Below the pieces are notes generated by a model that searched no databases, was not told the DNA's origin, and was given only the letters and a program-made list of their open reading frames with translations. DNA of 63,926 nt, counting the filler, from Dugesia japonica (lineage: Eukaryota): NCBI GenBank assembly GCA_001938525.1. It is 5 parts of 5 records of this genome, joined end to end, with 100 filler letters (N's around TTAATTAATTAA, not from the genome) between each part and the next. Parts side by side here need not be neighbours in the genome. Positions count along the whole stretch, not along the records: positions 9,634 to 24,127 come from MQRL01647135.1; positions 24,228 to 32,584 come from MQRL01519673.1; 3 more parts are not named here. One strand, 5' to 3'. Positions 15,283 to 30,300 of this stretch are shown here, piece after piece (positions within the stretch are counted from its first letter, which is position 1; every line of letters starts with the position of its first letter). The position numbers were made by a program, and so were the translations under genes.

Positions 15283-16493
15283 CCTGTAAAAGTTATTAAA
15301 AATAATGAAAAAATTGATAAATTTTAAAAAATATGTGTCGATTTATCACCCTTAATAATATGTGGTATCCCGTCTTGGGATTTTCAATTTTGGTTCTTGC
15401 GGCACTAATTGCTCTCACGTATCATTATTAATAAATGATTGAATCACCAAATTAACACGAATTTTTATACGAATATTTTATTTCATGTACTATTTGTTTT
15501 TCGTCTAGATCGATCTTCTAATTCCCTGCCTCTTTCTCCGATCTTCATACTTGTGTTAATGTTCGTATTGAAGTTATTAACACGCCTTCTCTGTCGGCGT
15601 ATGATTGGTTGATGTGAGCCATCGCACAACATGTTTGAGAGAGGGCAAGGTCTCTTTCTTTGAGGCGATTATTCTTTTAAGCGTATTCTTTTTTTTAGAT
15701 AAGGTATAAAATTGCAGTGTTGAAAAATAAAAGTGATAATATCTTAGGGAGTTGCATTAGTTTTAAAACTTTTAATATTTATTTTATGACAAATAGGTAA
15801 AGTAAAATCAATCAAAATATTTTCTTTCGTTGAGTATGACTTTCTACCACAAATTTGACAACATTGCTATTCTGTGACAATAAAATGATTTCTCTTTAGA
15901 ATCAATCCATTTGGACACCCTATTTTGAACATCTTGGTACTAAATCCCAGTTCACATATGCATATATGTATTATAAAATAAAATGTTTAAACAATTTGAA
16001 CTTTATTTTCGATTAGAACCAATTTTATTACTTATTTTGATAATGGACAAGAACTAATGCAATACCTTAATATATGTGAAAATCCATTGTTTACAATTAA
16101 CGTGTGAATTTTGGCGCCTAATGTGTGAAAATTCACACTTATTGTAGTTTATGTTCTGTGGTGTGAAGTGACCTGTCAACTACGTATCCACCTACTTGCT
16201 TTCTATAAAAAAGATGAAAAAAATTTCATTGATTTATGTTTGCAATAACACTAAACTTAATACAAGGAATGAATAACTCGAAAGATATAATTAATTTATA
16301 AATTAAAAACTTGTATAATTACAGATCGAAATTTTTATTTTGGATCCGTAGGAAAGATTTGATATACTATGAGGATTACGGACCAAAGAAAATTAGGGAA
16401 CCACTGATATAAATTATATTTCATTGGTTTTTTTCAGTTTCATCATGTCTATTTTATTTACAAATATGATTGATAATTCATATAATTGTTAAG

Positions 16494-19400
16494 TATGTTT
16501 TCCTCCACGTCAAGAGAAGAAATGCTTTCTTTCAAAGATAATTGTTTTAAGTTATTCATACACAAGAGTTAATGGAATTTGTAAACAGTTTATTCATCAA
16601 AAACAGATAAATATTCCATGTCCAACACAACCAATAATCAACCAATCAGAATGCAATAACAATATTTATACAATAACAACAACAAATTATTACTATGATA
16701 ATTGTCAATGTAAATCTAGAGTTGTAAAGAAAACTTGTGATTGTCNATGTGGTAAAGATTCTAAAGTAATAAAATGTTCAAGAAATTATTTCTTGAATGA
16801 AGTAACAACAAAATATTATAAACGAGATTGTAGATGCTTCAAAACTGTAAATGATAAACAAATGGAACCAAGTTCGTATCTAATTTATTTATTATTCACA
16901 TTTTAAATTATTTTTTAGGTTGTCCTCGATTTATACATCTAACCGTCGGAAAATGCGAAATACAAAAGCACCATTCAATTAATCGAAAAATAACTACTCG
17001 AAATCTTGATAAAGATATTAGAAATTGCAAGTGTAAAGTAATAAGCAATCACGTTGATGAAGTTTGTGGCTGTAAGAAAGAAATCACAAAAAATAATGTT
17101 TGTACTAATAATAACAATTTTGTTATTCAAACATGGGGATGGAGAATTAATGTAAAGGAAAACAAATGTGACAAAGAATTATTAAATAACATGTCTAAAC
17201 TTATTTTTTGTCCACCAACGAGAAAAGATGTTGTTTGTAATTATAACATTGGTAGAGGCAAAGAAATAACTACAAAATACAACTTGGTCAATTGCAAATG
17301 TATTGAAAATAAAACTGTTAGACCAATAGATTGTAGATGCGATACAAGACCGGTTCTTGAACATCGTGGTGAATGTAACAAGATTACTAGACAAAGAATT
17401 GATGTTTATTTGCGTAAAGAAGCTAGAGGGGAACATTGTGTTAAAATCAAGGAAAATAAACCAGTATTTTGTATATGTAATAAAAATACATATTCGAAAT
17501 CTTGTGTTAATAATAGATTTGTGCATGTTAGAACTTCGTTCGATTTAGCAAATAATTGCCGAGAAATGATAAATAGAACAAATGAGGATATCAAGTGTTC
17601 TACTGACACTGAAATTAAGATATCACAATGTTATGACTACGGCTACAAAATTATAGAATTTTACAAACTAGCTTTGAACAATTGTAAATGTATACGATCA
17701 AGAACTGAACTACAGTTTTGCAGATGTATATGTCCTTCAAGAAAACTAGTTACAGAATGTGATAAATCTGGAAAATCACTAATATATATCCACTATGACT
17801 ATGAACTTATTAATTGTAGTTGTAAAGAAAACAAGAGAATGGAAATAAAACCAATTTCATGTAATCAGAGTAGTAAACATGTCTCTGGATGTAATGAAGT
17901 ATTATATAATGTTTTCTGGTTTAATACGACAACAATTATCGATTATGAGATTCACTATTGTAAATGTATTCCAACTATTAGAACTTTTAAATCTATTTGT
18001 AAAAAGAACGATTCTTTGATTATAAAAACCACATGTAACACGGAAAATAAAACCTTAATTGAAGAAGAATTGAGAGTGAAATTCGAAGATAATAAATTTG
18101 TTAATACGACAACAATAAAGAAGACTCCAATTACATGCAATGATAAATGGGTTATTAATAACAAACCTATTTGTCTTCCTAATGGATTGTATGGAACAGA
18201 AGATCGAATTTATCAAAGATTGATTTTCAGTAATTGTAGCTGTCATTTGGAAATAAAACAGGAAGTATGTGATTGTATATGTACCGGTCCATCTATGTCA
18301 GAGAAATGTGATGGAAATATTTTTCGTACATACGGTTATGAATATAAATATGGCGGATGTAAATGTGAACAACGCATAATTAAAGAAAGAACTGAGCGAA
18401 TTTTTTGTAAAAGCAAGATACTAAATGTCGGCCCATGTTATCGGAAAGATAATTATTGTGTAAAAGATGTCGAACATCAAGATTCTGTTTTAATTAATTG
18501 TAAATGTATTGAGAAAAAAAGAATGTCCCAAGAAATTTGTCACAGTTGTTGTAATGGTCGGTCTTCAACGAAAACATATTGTAATAAATCATTAAATAAA
18601 TTTATTACTGAAGTTAACTCTTGTCGCATAAATTTACATGGACTCATTCACAATTCTTTTGAATCCAAGGAGCAAGATATTCCGTGTAAAATTGAAAGAA
18701 AATGCGTGTCGATTAATGTTTGTAACAAGAAAACAAATACTGAAATACTTGAATGCACAACAACAAATCTACAAAATTGCTCGTGTGTATCGAAAACTGA
18801 AAAAGAAACTCAGACTTGTGGTAAATATACTTCAATTTATTTTAATTTTTTTTAACGTTTTTTGTTTAAATATTATTTAAATTTAAAAAAATTTGAAATT
18901 ATTGTATAAAATAAGTTCTTTAAAATAAAGAAAAAGCTTATATCAAAATAAAATGTATTTGAATTTCTTTACAAATATATTTTATTTTGATCGAAGCTTT
19001 TTCTTTATTTTAAATAAATCTCAAATCCGATCAATGGTTAATTCCAAAAATTATTCTCACAATAATTCTAATTATAAAAATAAATTCTATAAATACTTTT
19101 AATTTTTGATTAGATTATTAGAATTATTTTATTCATGAATACTAATATTTGTTCTAACATTTTCTGCATGTAATGGAGTTCCGTTTACATTGATTTTTAT
19201 TATTTCCATTTTATTTTAATCTATTAATCGATGTTTCTTTTTGTCACCATTTGATTGCCTCTTATTTCTTCATTATAGATATATTTCATTTATTTATTAT
19301 TTCATTATNNNNNNNNNNNNNNNNNNNNNNNNNNNNNNNNNNNNNNNNNNNNNNNNNNNNNNNNTTATTTGACATAGAAGTTTTTTGTTTTAATTTAAAA

Positions 19401-22347
19401 AAACAATAACGTACGTTTTTAATTACATTTAAACAAATTTAAAAATTGTGTTTATTTATTATTTTTTCTACTTTAAAATTTTAAATTGACATTTAGAATG
19501 TGAACCACCAAAGCTCCAATTTGGTATATGTAATACGAATACGCTCACCCGAGAAGTTTATCAGATTGTTAGTAAACTTGTTACGATGTTAGTTAAATTC
19601 AGTTATTAACAATATGGATATTTGATGTGATTTGGTTATTGCAGAAATAACAAGAAAGTTTGTCAAAACGATACAAAGAAAATAAAAGATGAAATATGTG
19701 ATTGTCCTAAGTCAACTGTCACGGAGAACTGTCTAAGCAACAGATTGATTAAACAGACAATTGAATATACATTTAATCGAGAAAATAAAATATGTGACAA
19801 AAAGATTAGTGAAACAGATAAAACAGAAGCTTGTGTACCACCTATTGAAATATCCAAAGTCAGTTTAATCATTTGTTGTTGTTTTTTAATTTAATCGTCG
19901 AAAATTTGATCATTTTTTAGGGAATTTGTGATGAAAAAAATTGCAAACAAAATATCATAAATATCACGAAACAATTAGTAAATTGTAAATGTATAAGAAC
20001 AGAAAATACTGAAACAAAATTGTGTTGTTGTCTTAAAAAAAATCGAACCGAAACCAATTGCGTTAGAGGAAAATGGGAGACAATTAATTACAATTATACT
20101 CTGAATAATGAGAAGAACCAATGTATTGAGACTGTTAATAAAAACAGTGAAGAAATCAAATGTCCAATACCAGACACAGATTCCATTAAATATGATGTAA
20201 ATTATCTTGGTATATGTAAGAAAACCGAGTATCAACTGAATAATTGTAAGTGTATCGAAGTAACTACTCCTCACAAGTGTCGTTGTTTTCTAAGTAATTT
20301 TATGTTTTAACCTTATCAAATTTTATTGCTTATTTGTATTAGAATCATTATAATTACAGACTTATTTGGAATTAAAAATGATTTTTTTGCTATTCTAAAT
20401 AATTCATACAAGAATAATTTAAATAAATCAATTATGACCCTAACAACTATTATGTTAATTGTATTCAAGTCATTCGTTACTACTACAGACTTATTAAACT
20501 AATAATCTCATAAGTTGCCAAATGAAACGAAACTACTTAGGTTCTACTTAGGTCTGATCAAAGTTCTGTTAATGTTATCCTAAGATTATCTTGTTACTAA
20601 ACGAACGACTAAAGGAATTTAAACTAAATACTACTATATTATTAAAATGGAAAAAATGAGCCACTAAATTACATAATTCCTACCTTGAAGAAATGTGGTT
20701 ACTCTAGGCAGTTGTAATTTGTAATAAATTTTTTTGTCATTAAATTAATATTTAAAATTTTTTAATTATTTTTATACTGACAAAAAAAACATTGAATAAT
20801 ATGTCAAATATAAAGTTTTACTAATAAAATATATTTATTATTATTAATAGAAATGCATTTTTTTGTTTAAAATTTACATTTTATTTTGGAAAATATTATA
20901 TATTTGATAAAAAGACCTTGAGAATTTGTTGGGTAAAAATCCATGAAGGACGCAAGCAGAGCTCGCTATACACGTCAGAATTACTCAGCAGGCGATATCC
21001 TTTCGACTAAAACAGCTATTAAGGATTCAAAAAGCTTGCAGGTGGGTGCCTTATCATCTTACTACAGAGAACAAGGAAAGGGGATAATAGCTTTTAACAA
21101 TAAAATATGGCGCTGAATCTACTAAAAATTAAATAGTACAGTAATCTCTTGCTTTGTGGAAATAATTTTTAAATATTTCACCCGAAAAAGGCGGAATGAT
21201 ATAAAAAAAATACAAACTTTCTGGATAAATTTAATAAAATACTTCTTCAAATCGTTGAATATATTCATAACATTATTAGTATACAATTTTTCTCCCTAAT
21301 TTTAGATATGAGCTTTCTGTTTCAAACCACACCTCCCTTACGCAATCATATACAGTGGTGCAGTAAGCTCACATCCAGTTTATTAAGTAATCAACTGGGA
21401 TGGATTATGTCAGACATATATGACTATGTATTCGTAATATTATTGTGCAATATTTACGTAACAGTTCCGTAATAGCTCGGAGATTACGTCGCAGCGTTAT
21501 TATTTTATGATTACGTCAGCTGTTATGTAATCACTCTGAAAAATACATTTTTTACAGCAGTTTAGTGTAAAAGACCATTTATGTTTAAAATTTTTAAAAA
21601 AATTTTTGTTTTTAAATTATGAAAATTTTTTTACCAGTCTGCTGAGAATTTCTTTGGGATCATTTTTGGTAAAAATTTGATTTTTTCGAAGCACTTTTTC
21701 ACAAATTTTTATCACCAATATTTATTTGATAGAGAATTTTAAGCTGGTCAAGAATATCATATTTAAAAGTTAACAACATTATCCTTGATTAAATGAAATA
21801 AAAACAAGTATGCACGACGTGCATACGCAGTTAAGGGAGAAATTGCGCTTATAATTTTTTTTAAAAATATTTAACTTTGGCAAAAAATTAACAGCGAATA
21901 TTTTTAATGAATTCAAAATTATAAATAATATCCAATGAAAATTGAATTTAATCAAATGAATTTAATTTTAATTGCTATTTCAAAGTTTATAATTAGAATT
22001 TACTGAACAAATTGTTAATGAAGAAAGCATAGCAGAAATATTGAAAAAATGGAATAAAAAGAAGAGCAACAGTTCTGATCTTTTGCTTCTAAAACATTCT
22101 ATTTTAAATAAAAATTTTTATTCAGTTATTTTCACAGATCAGTGGTTAAAATTTTTAAATCTTTGTAAAAAAAAAGATTTATTATTCAATATATTCTTTT
22201 AAATTTTTTAAAATTTAGAATGTCCAGAAGAAAGTGATATTAAAACTTGTGAAAATGGAGTTTCCAGAATCAATAATACCAAATACAATTTCGATTATCA
22301 ACAGTGTAAATGTGTTGTAAATATCCTAATAAATGATACAGTAATAA
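16494..22347 (+). CDS. Large cysteine-rich repeat protein, probably extracellular, partial (exons ~16494-16871, 16919-18820, 19497-19587, 19645-19858, 19921-~20281/20293, 22219-22347)
   Basis: About 1000 aa are open across phase-compatible GT-AG introns. A ~45-50 aa module recurs with NCxC/CxC motifs (NCQC, NCKC, NCSC, GCKC, QCKC), plus several N-x-S/T sequons. No start codon or signal peptide seen. Confidence 0.8.
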
Positions 22348-24127
22348 GTAAGTTATATTTTTTTAATTGAAATTTGAAAATAATAAAAATTAATTAAAAA
22401 ATAACAAATATTGATTATGTCTTCAAAATATTGACTGTAATTTTCAGAAAAAGTAATTTTACCTTTTTACAAAAAACAATATTTATTAAGAATAAAAAAG
22501 ATAAGTCTGAGATGAAATTTTATATCAAAAGATCTTCACAATTATCTATTAAAATTATTATTTTAATTCTTTTAATATCGAATTAAAGTTCTAAATTAAA
22601 TAGTAAATTAAAAAATAATTAATTGTAAGAATAAGTTCAAGCCTTTGAAAGGTTTCCAATTAATTTTTAAAAATATTTTATTAAAATTCATATTAATTTA
22701 TAAATTATTGAAATTTTTAAAATATTGGAAATTATTTTGGTTTGTAGATTTTTATAAATTAACTTATGTTGATAATATTATAGTAAAATACATGTTTGTA
22801 AATTTTAATAAATAATAAAAACAGTATTTGAAATCTTTTCAAAATTTATTTTAATATTTAAAATGTTAATATTAAAATATTTTAAAACGTAAATAACTTG
22901 CTTAAATATCATGAAATTCAAACCAAACTTGTAATAATTAATAATTGTTTTATGAAAGACTTTGAAAATATTAATTTAACCGTTTATTTAAAATAAAAGC
23001 TTCGATCAAAAACTTTTATTTTGTTTTTTTGAAATTGATTCGATAATTCGACTTTGTCTTCATTAGGAATTGACTTTTTAACTATTAATTTAACTATTAT
23101 TATTATTACTATTATTATTGTTAATAGTAATGGTAACAATTGTGTGTTGTGTGTTTTGAGATTGTATTTTAGTGGTTAGAGTTTATGCAATTTTTTGTTT
23201 TTGTAAATTTAGTGAAAAGTGTTAAAAGATAAAGTTTAATCGTTGTTAATTTGTCGATAAATCAACAAATAATTGTTGAGTTTGTCTATAGTTAATAATT
23301 ATTTTGTTGCTTTATAAAATGGTTGCGTCGTTCAATATATTAAGTGAAATTAAATATCAAAATATTTTATTCGATAGAAAAAGTAATGAAATAAAATTTA
23401 AAAATCAATTAAAAATCTTAAAATTAGATAATTAAATAAAATGTTCGAATAGGTTTCCAAAGAAAAAAAATAAAAACTATATTCAAAAGAAATATATTTT
23501 GATCGAGAAAATATTGAATATGAATAAAATCAATACATAACCAAAATTAGTTCAACAATAGTTCCTGAAGTAGGCATTTCCGAAATATTGAACAATCTAT
23601 GAAAATAGAAGAACATCATTTTGATCTTTGCATTTTTGAAAATAAATTTTTAATGAAAATGATTTTTTTCAAAATATTCATTTAATGAAAATCATCGAAC
23701 ATTTAGTTATGAAAATATTGATACGAAAATAATAAATGACATTTTTCCGGATTAATTCTCAATCCTAATTCTTGAATTCTTTTGAAAACTTGGTCTAAAA
23801 TTCTATAGTTCTGCTCTAAATGTTCTGAAAATATCAATATATCAACCAAAATGCTGTTTATCCAACAAGAACCAAGGAATTCGTTGCATGTGCAATTAGT
23901 AAAGATAGTTCATCGTTTTATAAAGAACAAATCTTTGGTGATAGTCGATTACCTAGCTTTATTCTGGTTACATTTCAAAGTGGTGAAAGAAATTACGGTA
24001 GCTATAAAAACTTTAGTTCAACATTTAAAAATCTAGATCCTGTTTCCGTTTCATTGACGAAAAACACTGATTATCGATAAATATATACTCAAGATTTTAC
24101 AAACGATAATTATACCACAACATATAT

Positions 24128-24227
24128 NNNNNNNNNNNNNNNNNNNNNNNNNNNNNNNNNNNNNNNNNNNNTTAATTAATTAANNNNNNNNNNNNNNNNN
24201 NNNNNNNNNNNNNNNNNNNNNNNNNNN
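24128..24227. other. Artificial contig linker N44-TTAATTAATTAA-N44
   Basis: Same structure as 9534-9633. Confidence 0.9.
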
Positions 24228-24672
24228 AAGAGTATATTCAGAGAAATGTAAATTCATGTAAAAGGAGATCAAATTTGTGGGACATGTTATCAGTAAAGAA
24301 AGTGTCATAACAGATCAAACTAAAATAGAAGCAATTAAGAACTTTTGTTAACCAAAATGCATTCAAAAAATGAGAAGCTTCTTGGGATTTCGCCATTTCT
24401 ATCTCAAGTTTATTAAAGATTATTCAAAAAAAACTAGATTTGCGGAACAACTGTGTAGTGGACTGAGTATCAAGAAGATTGAATGTGCGAATGAATTAGA
24501 AGAAGTTTTTAATGGAATGAAAGAAGCACTAATGATGTCTCCAACATTATGTTCTCCAGAAATAAATAGAGGATTTATTTTAGACACGGATGCGAGTTTT
24601 GATACGATTGGGGCCGTACTTTCCCAAAGGGACAACAATGGACAAGAAAGAGTAATTGCATATGGGTCATGA
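24228..24672 (+). pseudogene. pol: Ty3/gypsy pol fragment (RT C-terminus, connection, start of RNase H)
   Basis: KFVGHVIS, MRSFLGF.HFY.KFIKDYS and FILDTDASFDTIGAVLSQ...ERVIAYGS. Confidence 0.9.
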
Positions 24673-26087
24673 GAAAGTCATAATTAAGTAAAATTTAAAT
24701 AATTTAAAAAGATAATCATCAATTAAAACATTGGATTTTAATTTGTTTGAATAAAAAAATATATTAGTTTTCTTTTTTTGTAATAAATTTTCTATGAAAT
24801 TAAGTTTTGATATTGATGATTCGATGAGTACTTCAAACTAATCTAAATATGTGCGAACTGACGCACTGTCATCTGCCGCAGTACCCTCCCAGTGAGAAAG
24901 CCAGTAAGTGTGACAGAAGACCAGTGAAGAGTGAGAGTAATGAAGAAGGTGTGAGAGAACACCTTTGAAAAGTAGTCGAAAGCTAGTAAGAATGAGAAAA
25001 GCGAGAAAAAGAAGTTAAGAAACTTAGACGACCTGTGAAGATCGCGGGAAAAGATAACAGTAAATGCTTATATTGTAGGGAGATCACATAATCATAATAT
25101 TGGTCAGTGGATATTAACATTGATATAATTCATGAGATGTTAACATTGTCATTGATATTATCATTATTATTGCCCGGTGGATGTTAACATCAATATTAAT
25201 TTTGTCTGGGAGATATTAACATTAACATTAATATTGCCCAGGGAGGTAAACCATAATATTAATATTGATATTGTTCAGGGGAACATCTAATATCATAGCA
25301 AAAGTAAGTCTTTATGTATATAATGTTAAGGATTTTCTCTGGTTTATAAGTGTTTTATCGTTAGTAATGTCTACATTTCTAGAATTATACATAATCTTTA
25401 GGGTTAATGTAAACTTTACATTAAAAAATATAAGTTTCAAAGCCAATACATAAAAAAACTATAATACCTCACATTAAAATTGAATTTAATCACACAAAAT
25501 GTCTAAGTTAACTCATGAAAAGTTCTAAATCAACACATAAAGGTATAATCCATTGCACAAATTATAATCCATCAAACAAAATCCTTAATTCATGAAAATT
25601 AAAAATCAACACATGAAAATCAGATAGACGTCATTCAAAAGTTTCATAAATTATTCAGAAGTAATCAATAACTTTCAAAATTATCAAAACATTACATAGA
25701 AGTCAATAAAAAATTTCAAAGATTTACTAGAAGGCAATTGATATTGAAAATAAAACAAGAAGAAGTAAGATCAAGTTGATTTTTAAAATTATTTAATAAA
25801 TTTAATACAGGTTGAAGCTTTACGTCGTCGCCAAACTATATTTAGTGCAAATACTTCAAAACACAGACAAGTGACAGTTCCTTCAAATAGTTATACCCCA
25901 GTGTAATGGCAAATAATTAGTTAAGTAGAACAGTTAATACCGGTTGATAGAAGGATTCTATATTTATTTCTTGATTAGGAATTCATTTTATTTGTTAAAA
26001 GAAATTTGTTGAACCCGGAAATGTTTCCTATCTCAATGTTGGGACAACCGGGGTGTATATTGTGTTAGATGTTTAAGTTAAATCACT

Positions 26088-26092
<5 letters not shown>

Positions 26093-26122
<30 letters not shown>
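26093..26122. repeat. (TA)n microsatellite
   Basis: Direct observation. Confidence 0.95.
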
Positions 26123-26123
<1 letters not shown>

Positions 26124-26309
26124 GTATGTGAATGCGTGTATGTATTATACAAAGAAGTACAATATTCCTATTGGTTGCTATTAAAATAATTATGTATGTT
26201 TGCATGATAATAATATTTGATTGGTTATCAAAAGACATAAATTGTTAAAGTAATAGAAATAAATTCATTATTTGAAACGATATGTGTAACTTTAAAAAAT
26301 TGTTAGAGG

Positions 26310-26745
26310 TTCAATAAAATGAACAAATTTCTCAAAATGAAGGAAATCATCAACACGAAGAGGATGAAGAAACAGATGAAGAATTTGTTGATGCGGAAAT
26401 GGATGCTAAGGAAATTCAACAAGATGGAAAAATAGTTGCAAAAGATATTCCGATCAAGAAAGGTATTGACCTTTTAGAAACATCTACCAAAGTTTTTGAC
26501 CTAGGTATTATTTAATTATTTTGAATTGAATTAATTAGTTTTAGAATTATTTATCGAATTGATTGAGAAAATGTACCCATCTCTTAGAGAGGAATTACTT
26601 TATTGCGCACCGGAATTGATTAATTTGAAAATAAAGTAACTAACTGGAGTCAACATAGACATTGTTATGGATATTGAATGTGAAGGTGATGCTGAAAAGA
26701 AGGAAACTTTGAAAAGAAAAATTAATGAAACCATTTATCCAGAAT
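26310..26745 (+). pseudogene. Degenerate acidic coding fragment with one short intron, family unknown
   Basis: HEEDEETDEEFVDAEMDAKEIQQDGKIVAKDIPIKKGIDLLETSTKVFDL, then a ~40-bp GT..AG intron, then sequence with several stops. Confidence 0.3.
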
Positions 26746-27079
26746 NNNNNNNNNNNNNNNNNTAATTATTTTGTAAAATAAATATTTGTGTTTATTCTTT
26801 GTTCAATTCATTTATTTATTTGTAATTAAAAAAAAACCTTCAAACTAAATTTTTACTAGGATCGAAATATTTTAATATATGAGTTCGTGTTATATTCCTA
26901 TTTTACTTTTTCATTTCCTATATTTTCAAAAAAAAAATTTAAAAAAAATAATAAAAAAAAATATATTGAAACATGATTTTCACCATGAAGGAAGCATTTT
27001 ACGGTACAAGTTCATGAAACATTCCTATCATACTTTTTAATTTCTTATCCAACAATACCTTTTGTCTTTCAATAAAATG

Positions 27080-28124
27080 AAAAGTGGGCTGATGCGCCAC
27101 TATCTACCTACTCTCACGTCCTTCTTTTTTCACCATNNNNGAAGCGTTTTTCGGTAATTATTCTTTAGACAATGTATAGACAGTTTTTAATTCTAAGATC
27201 AATGATATCATTTTCAAGTTAAAATATTCAAAGCTACCCCCCTAAAATTGAATTTCTTAAAATGTCAAATATCTCAAAACTAAAGCATTTTGTCTGATAA
27301 CAATGGATATATGAGATGTAGACAATTAAATTTTCTACCTTTTGTGTATAGGTTATTTGTGGCTATTTTTCAAAATGGCGGAGATAGACCGCTTTCAAAT
27401 CTTCAAAGGTTAATATGTGTGCCGCCGACACATAAATCGAAAATTTTGAGATTACAGAAGTTCTTAGAATTAAATTTTACATCTATATGTTTCAAAGTTG
27501 AATTTCCTAAAACCTTTCCTTCGACGGCTAGAGGGGGAGGGGCTGATGCGTCACAACCCTTATCTGCGAAACGAAGCACTTTTCGATAGTAGTCCTTTAA
27601 GTCATGTATAGGTAATTTTTGATTTTAGGAAGAATGAAATAGGTCTCAACTCAAAAAANNNNNNNNNNNNNNNNNNNNNNNNNNNNNNNNNNNNNNNNNN
27701 NNNNNNNNNNNNNNNNNNNNNNNNNNNNNNNNNNNNNNNNNNNNNNNNNNNNNNNNNNNNNNNNNNNNNNNNNNNNNNNNNNNNNNNNNNNNNNNNNNNN
27801 NNNNNNNNNCGTTGACGTGTCACTAAATTTTTAACGCAATAATCAGATTCGTCATCACTTTACAATTCCAACGATACCAAAATTTACTAAATTAAAACAA
27901 AAAATTACCACAAAAATTAAATTTAAAAAAAACAATTTTAAAAAAAAGATAAAAAAAATAAAAATAAAAATAAAAAGTAAAAAAAAATCTTCAGCCCAAA
28001 AAAATCTTCAGCCCTAAATTTTCTTTGCCCAGGGGGGGGGTTGGGCTAATGCGCCACTAAAAAAAATCTTCAGCCCAAAATTTTCTCTGACCATGGGGGT
28101 GGGCTGATGCGCCACTATCTACCT
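27080..28124 (-). mobile_element. Cluster of Kolobok-like non-autonomous DNA transposon ends
   Basis: GGGCTGATGCGCCACTATCTACCT at ~27087 and ~28101, with related GGGCTGATGCG motifs at 27540 and 28043. A second terminus reads TTAA|AGGACTACTATCGAAA on the minus strand, ending at 27600. Confidence 0.45.
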
Positions 28125-28128
28125 TTTT

Positions 28129-28680
28129 TCAAAGCCTTTTGTGAAAGGTTTTTTTTACCAGTGCGTAGTCCATTGTAAGCACAATTTTGTTCTGAGGTTG
28201 TATTTTATGTTCTTTTAAGATGCTCTTTAGCTTATTTCTTATTGTTTTATTATCGTTATGTTGTATTTTTTCTTTGATTTTTGTTGCTTTGTTTTCTTTC
28301 AAGTTAGAAATGACTGTTGGTTTTCCACATACCATTTGACTCGGGCTTTGGATTGTTTCGTAACCCTATTAATATTTGTGGCAATTTCTCGAGCCATGTC
28401 CTGTCGTTTGGGATTGTACGCAGGCTTTATTTTAATGTTCTGTAAACCTCTCTATTTTCCCATTACATTGCGGGTTATATGTAGTAGTTCTGTTCTTTTT
28501 AATTTCGTATTTGTTGCACAGATGTTTGAACAACTCAGATTCAAATTGTCTTCCTTGATCTGTTATTAGTGTTTTTGGTTGTCCATAGCGAGCGAACAAA
28601 TTTAATTCTATATTCTTGCAAATGTTTGCTGCGGATATTTCTTTCAGTGGGATAACGCTCAAAGTAGCATAAAACCCAGT
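28129..28680 (-). pseudogene. Ty3/gypsy integrase fragment
   Basis: ARYGQPKTLITDQGRQFESELFKHLCNKYEIKKNRTTTYNPQCNGKIERF (rve core). Confidence 0.9.
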
Positions 28681-28739
28681 TAGTGATAAATCAACACTTA
28701 AATCACACTCTAAACCGATTGAAGTCTTCAAAAGTTACA

Positions 28740-30300
28740 TAGAAGTCATTAAAATTATCATTCATCATACCAAAATTACATTCCGTCAAACAAAAATTAG
28801 CACTAAACATGGAATGACTTTGAGGCAAAATACAAAATTACATTTCATCACATAAAACTAAAATCCATTCCATTAAAATTAAATAGAAGTCATGAGAAAT
28901 AATAATCCATCAAGCTAAAACTGTAATCCAATATGTTAAAATCATATTTCATTGCACAAAATTCTAAGTTGACACATAAAAATTATAATCTATGCATCAA
29001 AATTACTTTTATCAAACAAAATTTTTAGACATCTCATAAAACTTCTTAGCCAACACATTTAATTTCTAAGTCATCACATAATTTCTAGTTTGTTACATAA
29101 ACTATTTAGTCAACACTTATAAACTCTAATCAACAAGTGAACTAATAATTTGTCACACTAAAAATATATTTCATAACATTGAAATTTCTAAGTTAACGGT
29201 TTAAAATTATAATCCATCTCACTAAAGTCTAATTTGATTCATAAAAATTAATACTGGACAAGTTAATTTCAAAGTCAACACATATAATTTCTAAGCCAAC
29301 ACTTAAAAATTATAATAATCTATCACACTTAAATTACAATCCATCACTCAGAATTGTAACACATTACACAAAAATTTCATCCAATCACAGTAAAATTCTA
29401 CGTAGATACATAAAATTTCCTAACCAGTACATTAAAATTATAATTCATCATGTTAAAGTTATATAGAAATCATTAAAATTATTTAAAAATACATATAATT
29501 CAATAAAAATTTCAAACATTGTATATTTCTATTAAAAGGTTTTATAAGTTATACAGAGTTATTCAATAATATCCAAAGATTACATAGAAAATAATAAAAT
29601 TTCNAAGTCAGCAGATAAAAATTNAAACCAACAAGTTTAAATTATAGTTCACTAAAATTATAGTTCATCACATTGAAATTTCTAAGTCAACGCTTTAAAA
29701 TTACATTTCATCACATAAAATTCTAAAACAACAAATAAAATTTCTAGTAAACATGTAAAATATAGGATTCATTATTGAAAATTAACACTTCAACATGAAA
29801 AATAATCACTTTGTCATATACAATTATAGTTTCATCACAAAACATAGAAACTTCTTCATAGAATATACAGGTATCATCATGGTAAATACAGAAGTCATCA
29901 TAGAAAATTAGAAACAACTACATAGAAAGTATATAATTTGTCATTTAAAATACAACTTTCATCATAAACCTTAAAATTTTAAGATAAGAATTTATCTGTT
30001 TAAATTAAATAAGAACCATTTTTATAAGCTTAAAATTCATAAGAATCAAATTAAACAGATTAAAATTAATACAAATTTAAATTTATCAGTTTGAAATTAA
30101 TATGAATCAAAGTTTAGCAGCTTTTAATTAATATGAATCAAAATTTATCAATTTAAATTTAATATGAATCAAATTTTATCTGCTTAAAATTAATACGTAT
30201 CAAAGTTTTAATACAATTTTAAAGTTATCAGTTTGAAATTAACGTGAATCTAATTTAACAGCCTGAAATTAATTTAAATTAAAATTTTAAATTGATCAGT
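28740..30300. repeat. Degenerate AT-rich minisatellite region (AAAATTATAATCCATCAC / AAATTTCTAAGTCAACAC and AAATTAATATGAATCAAA units)
   Basis: Recurrent short units; similar units at ~25440-25720. Confidence 0.65.
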
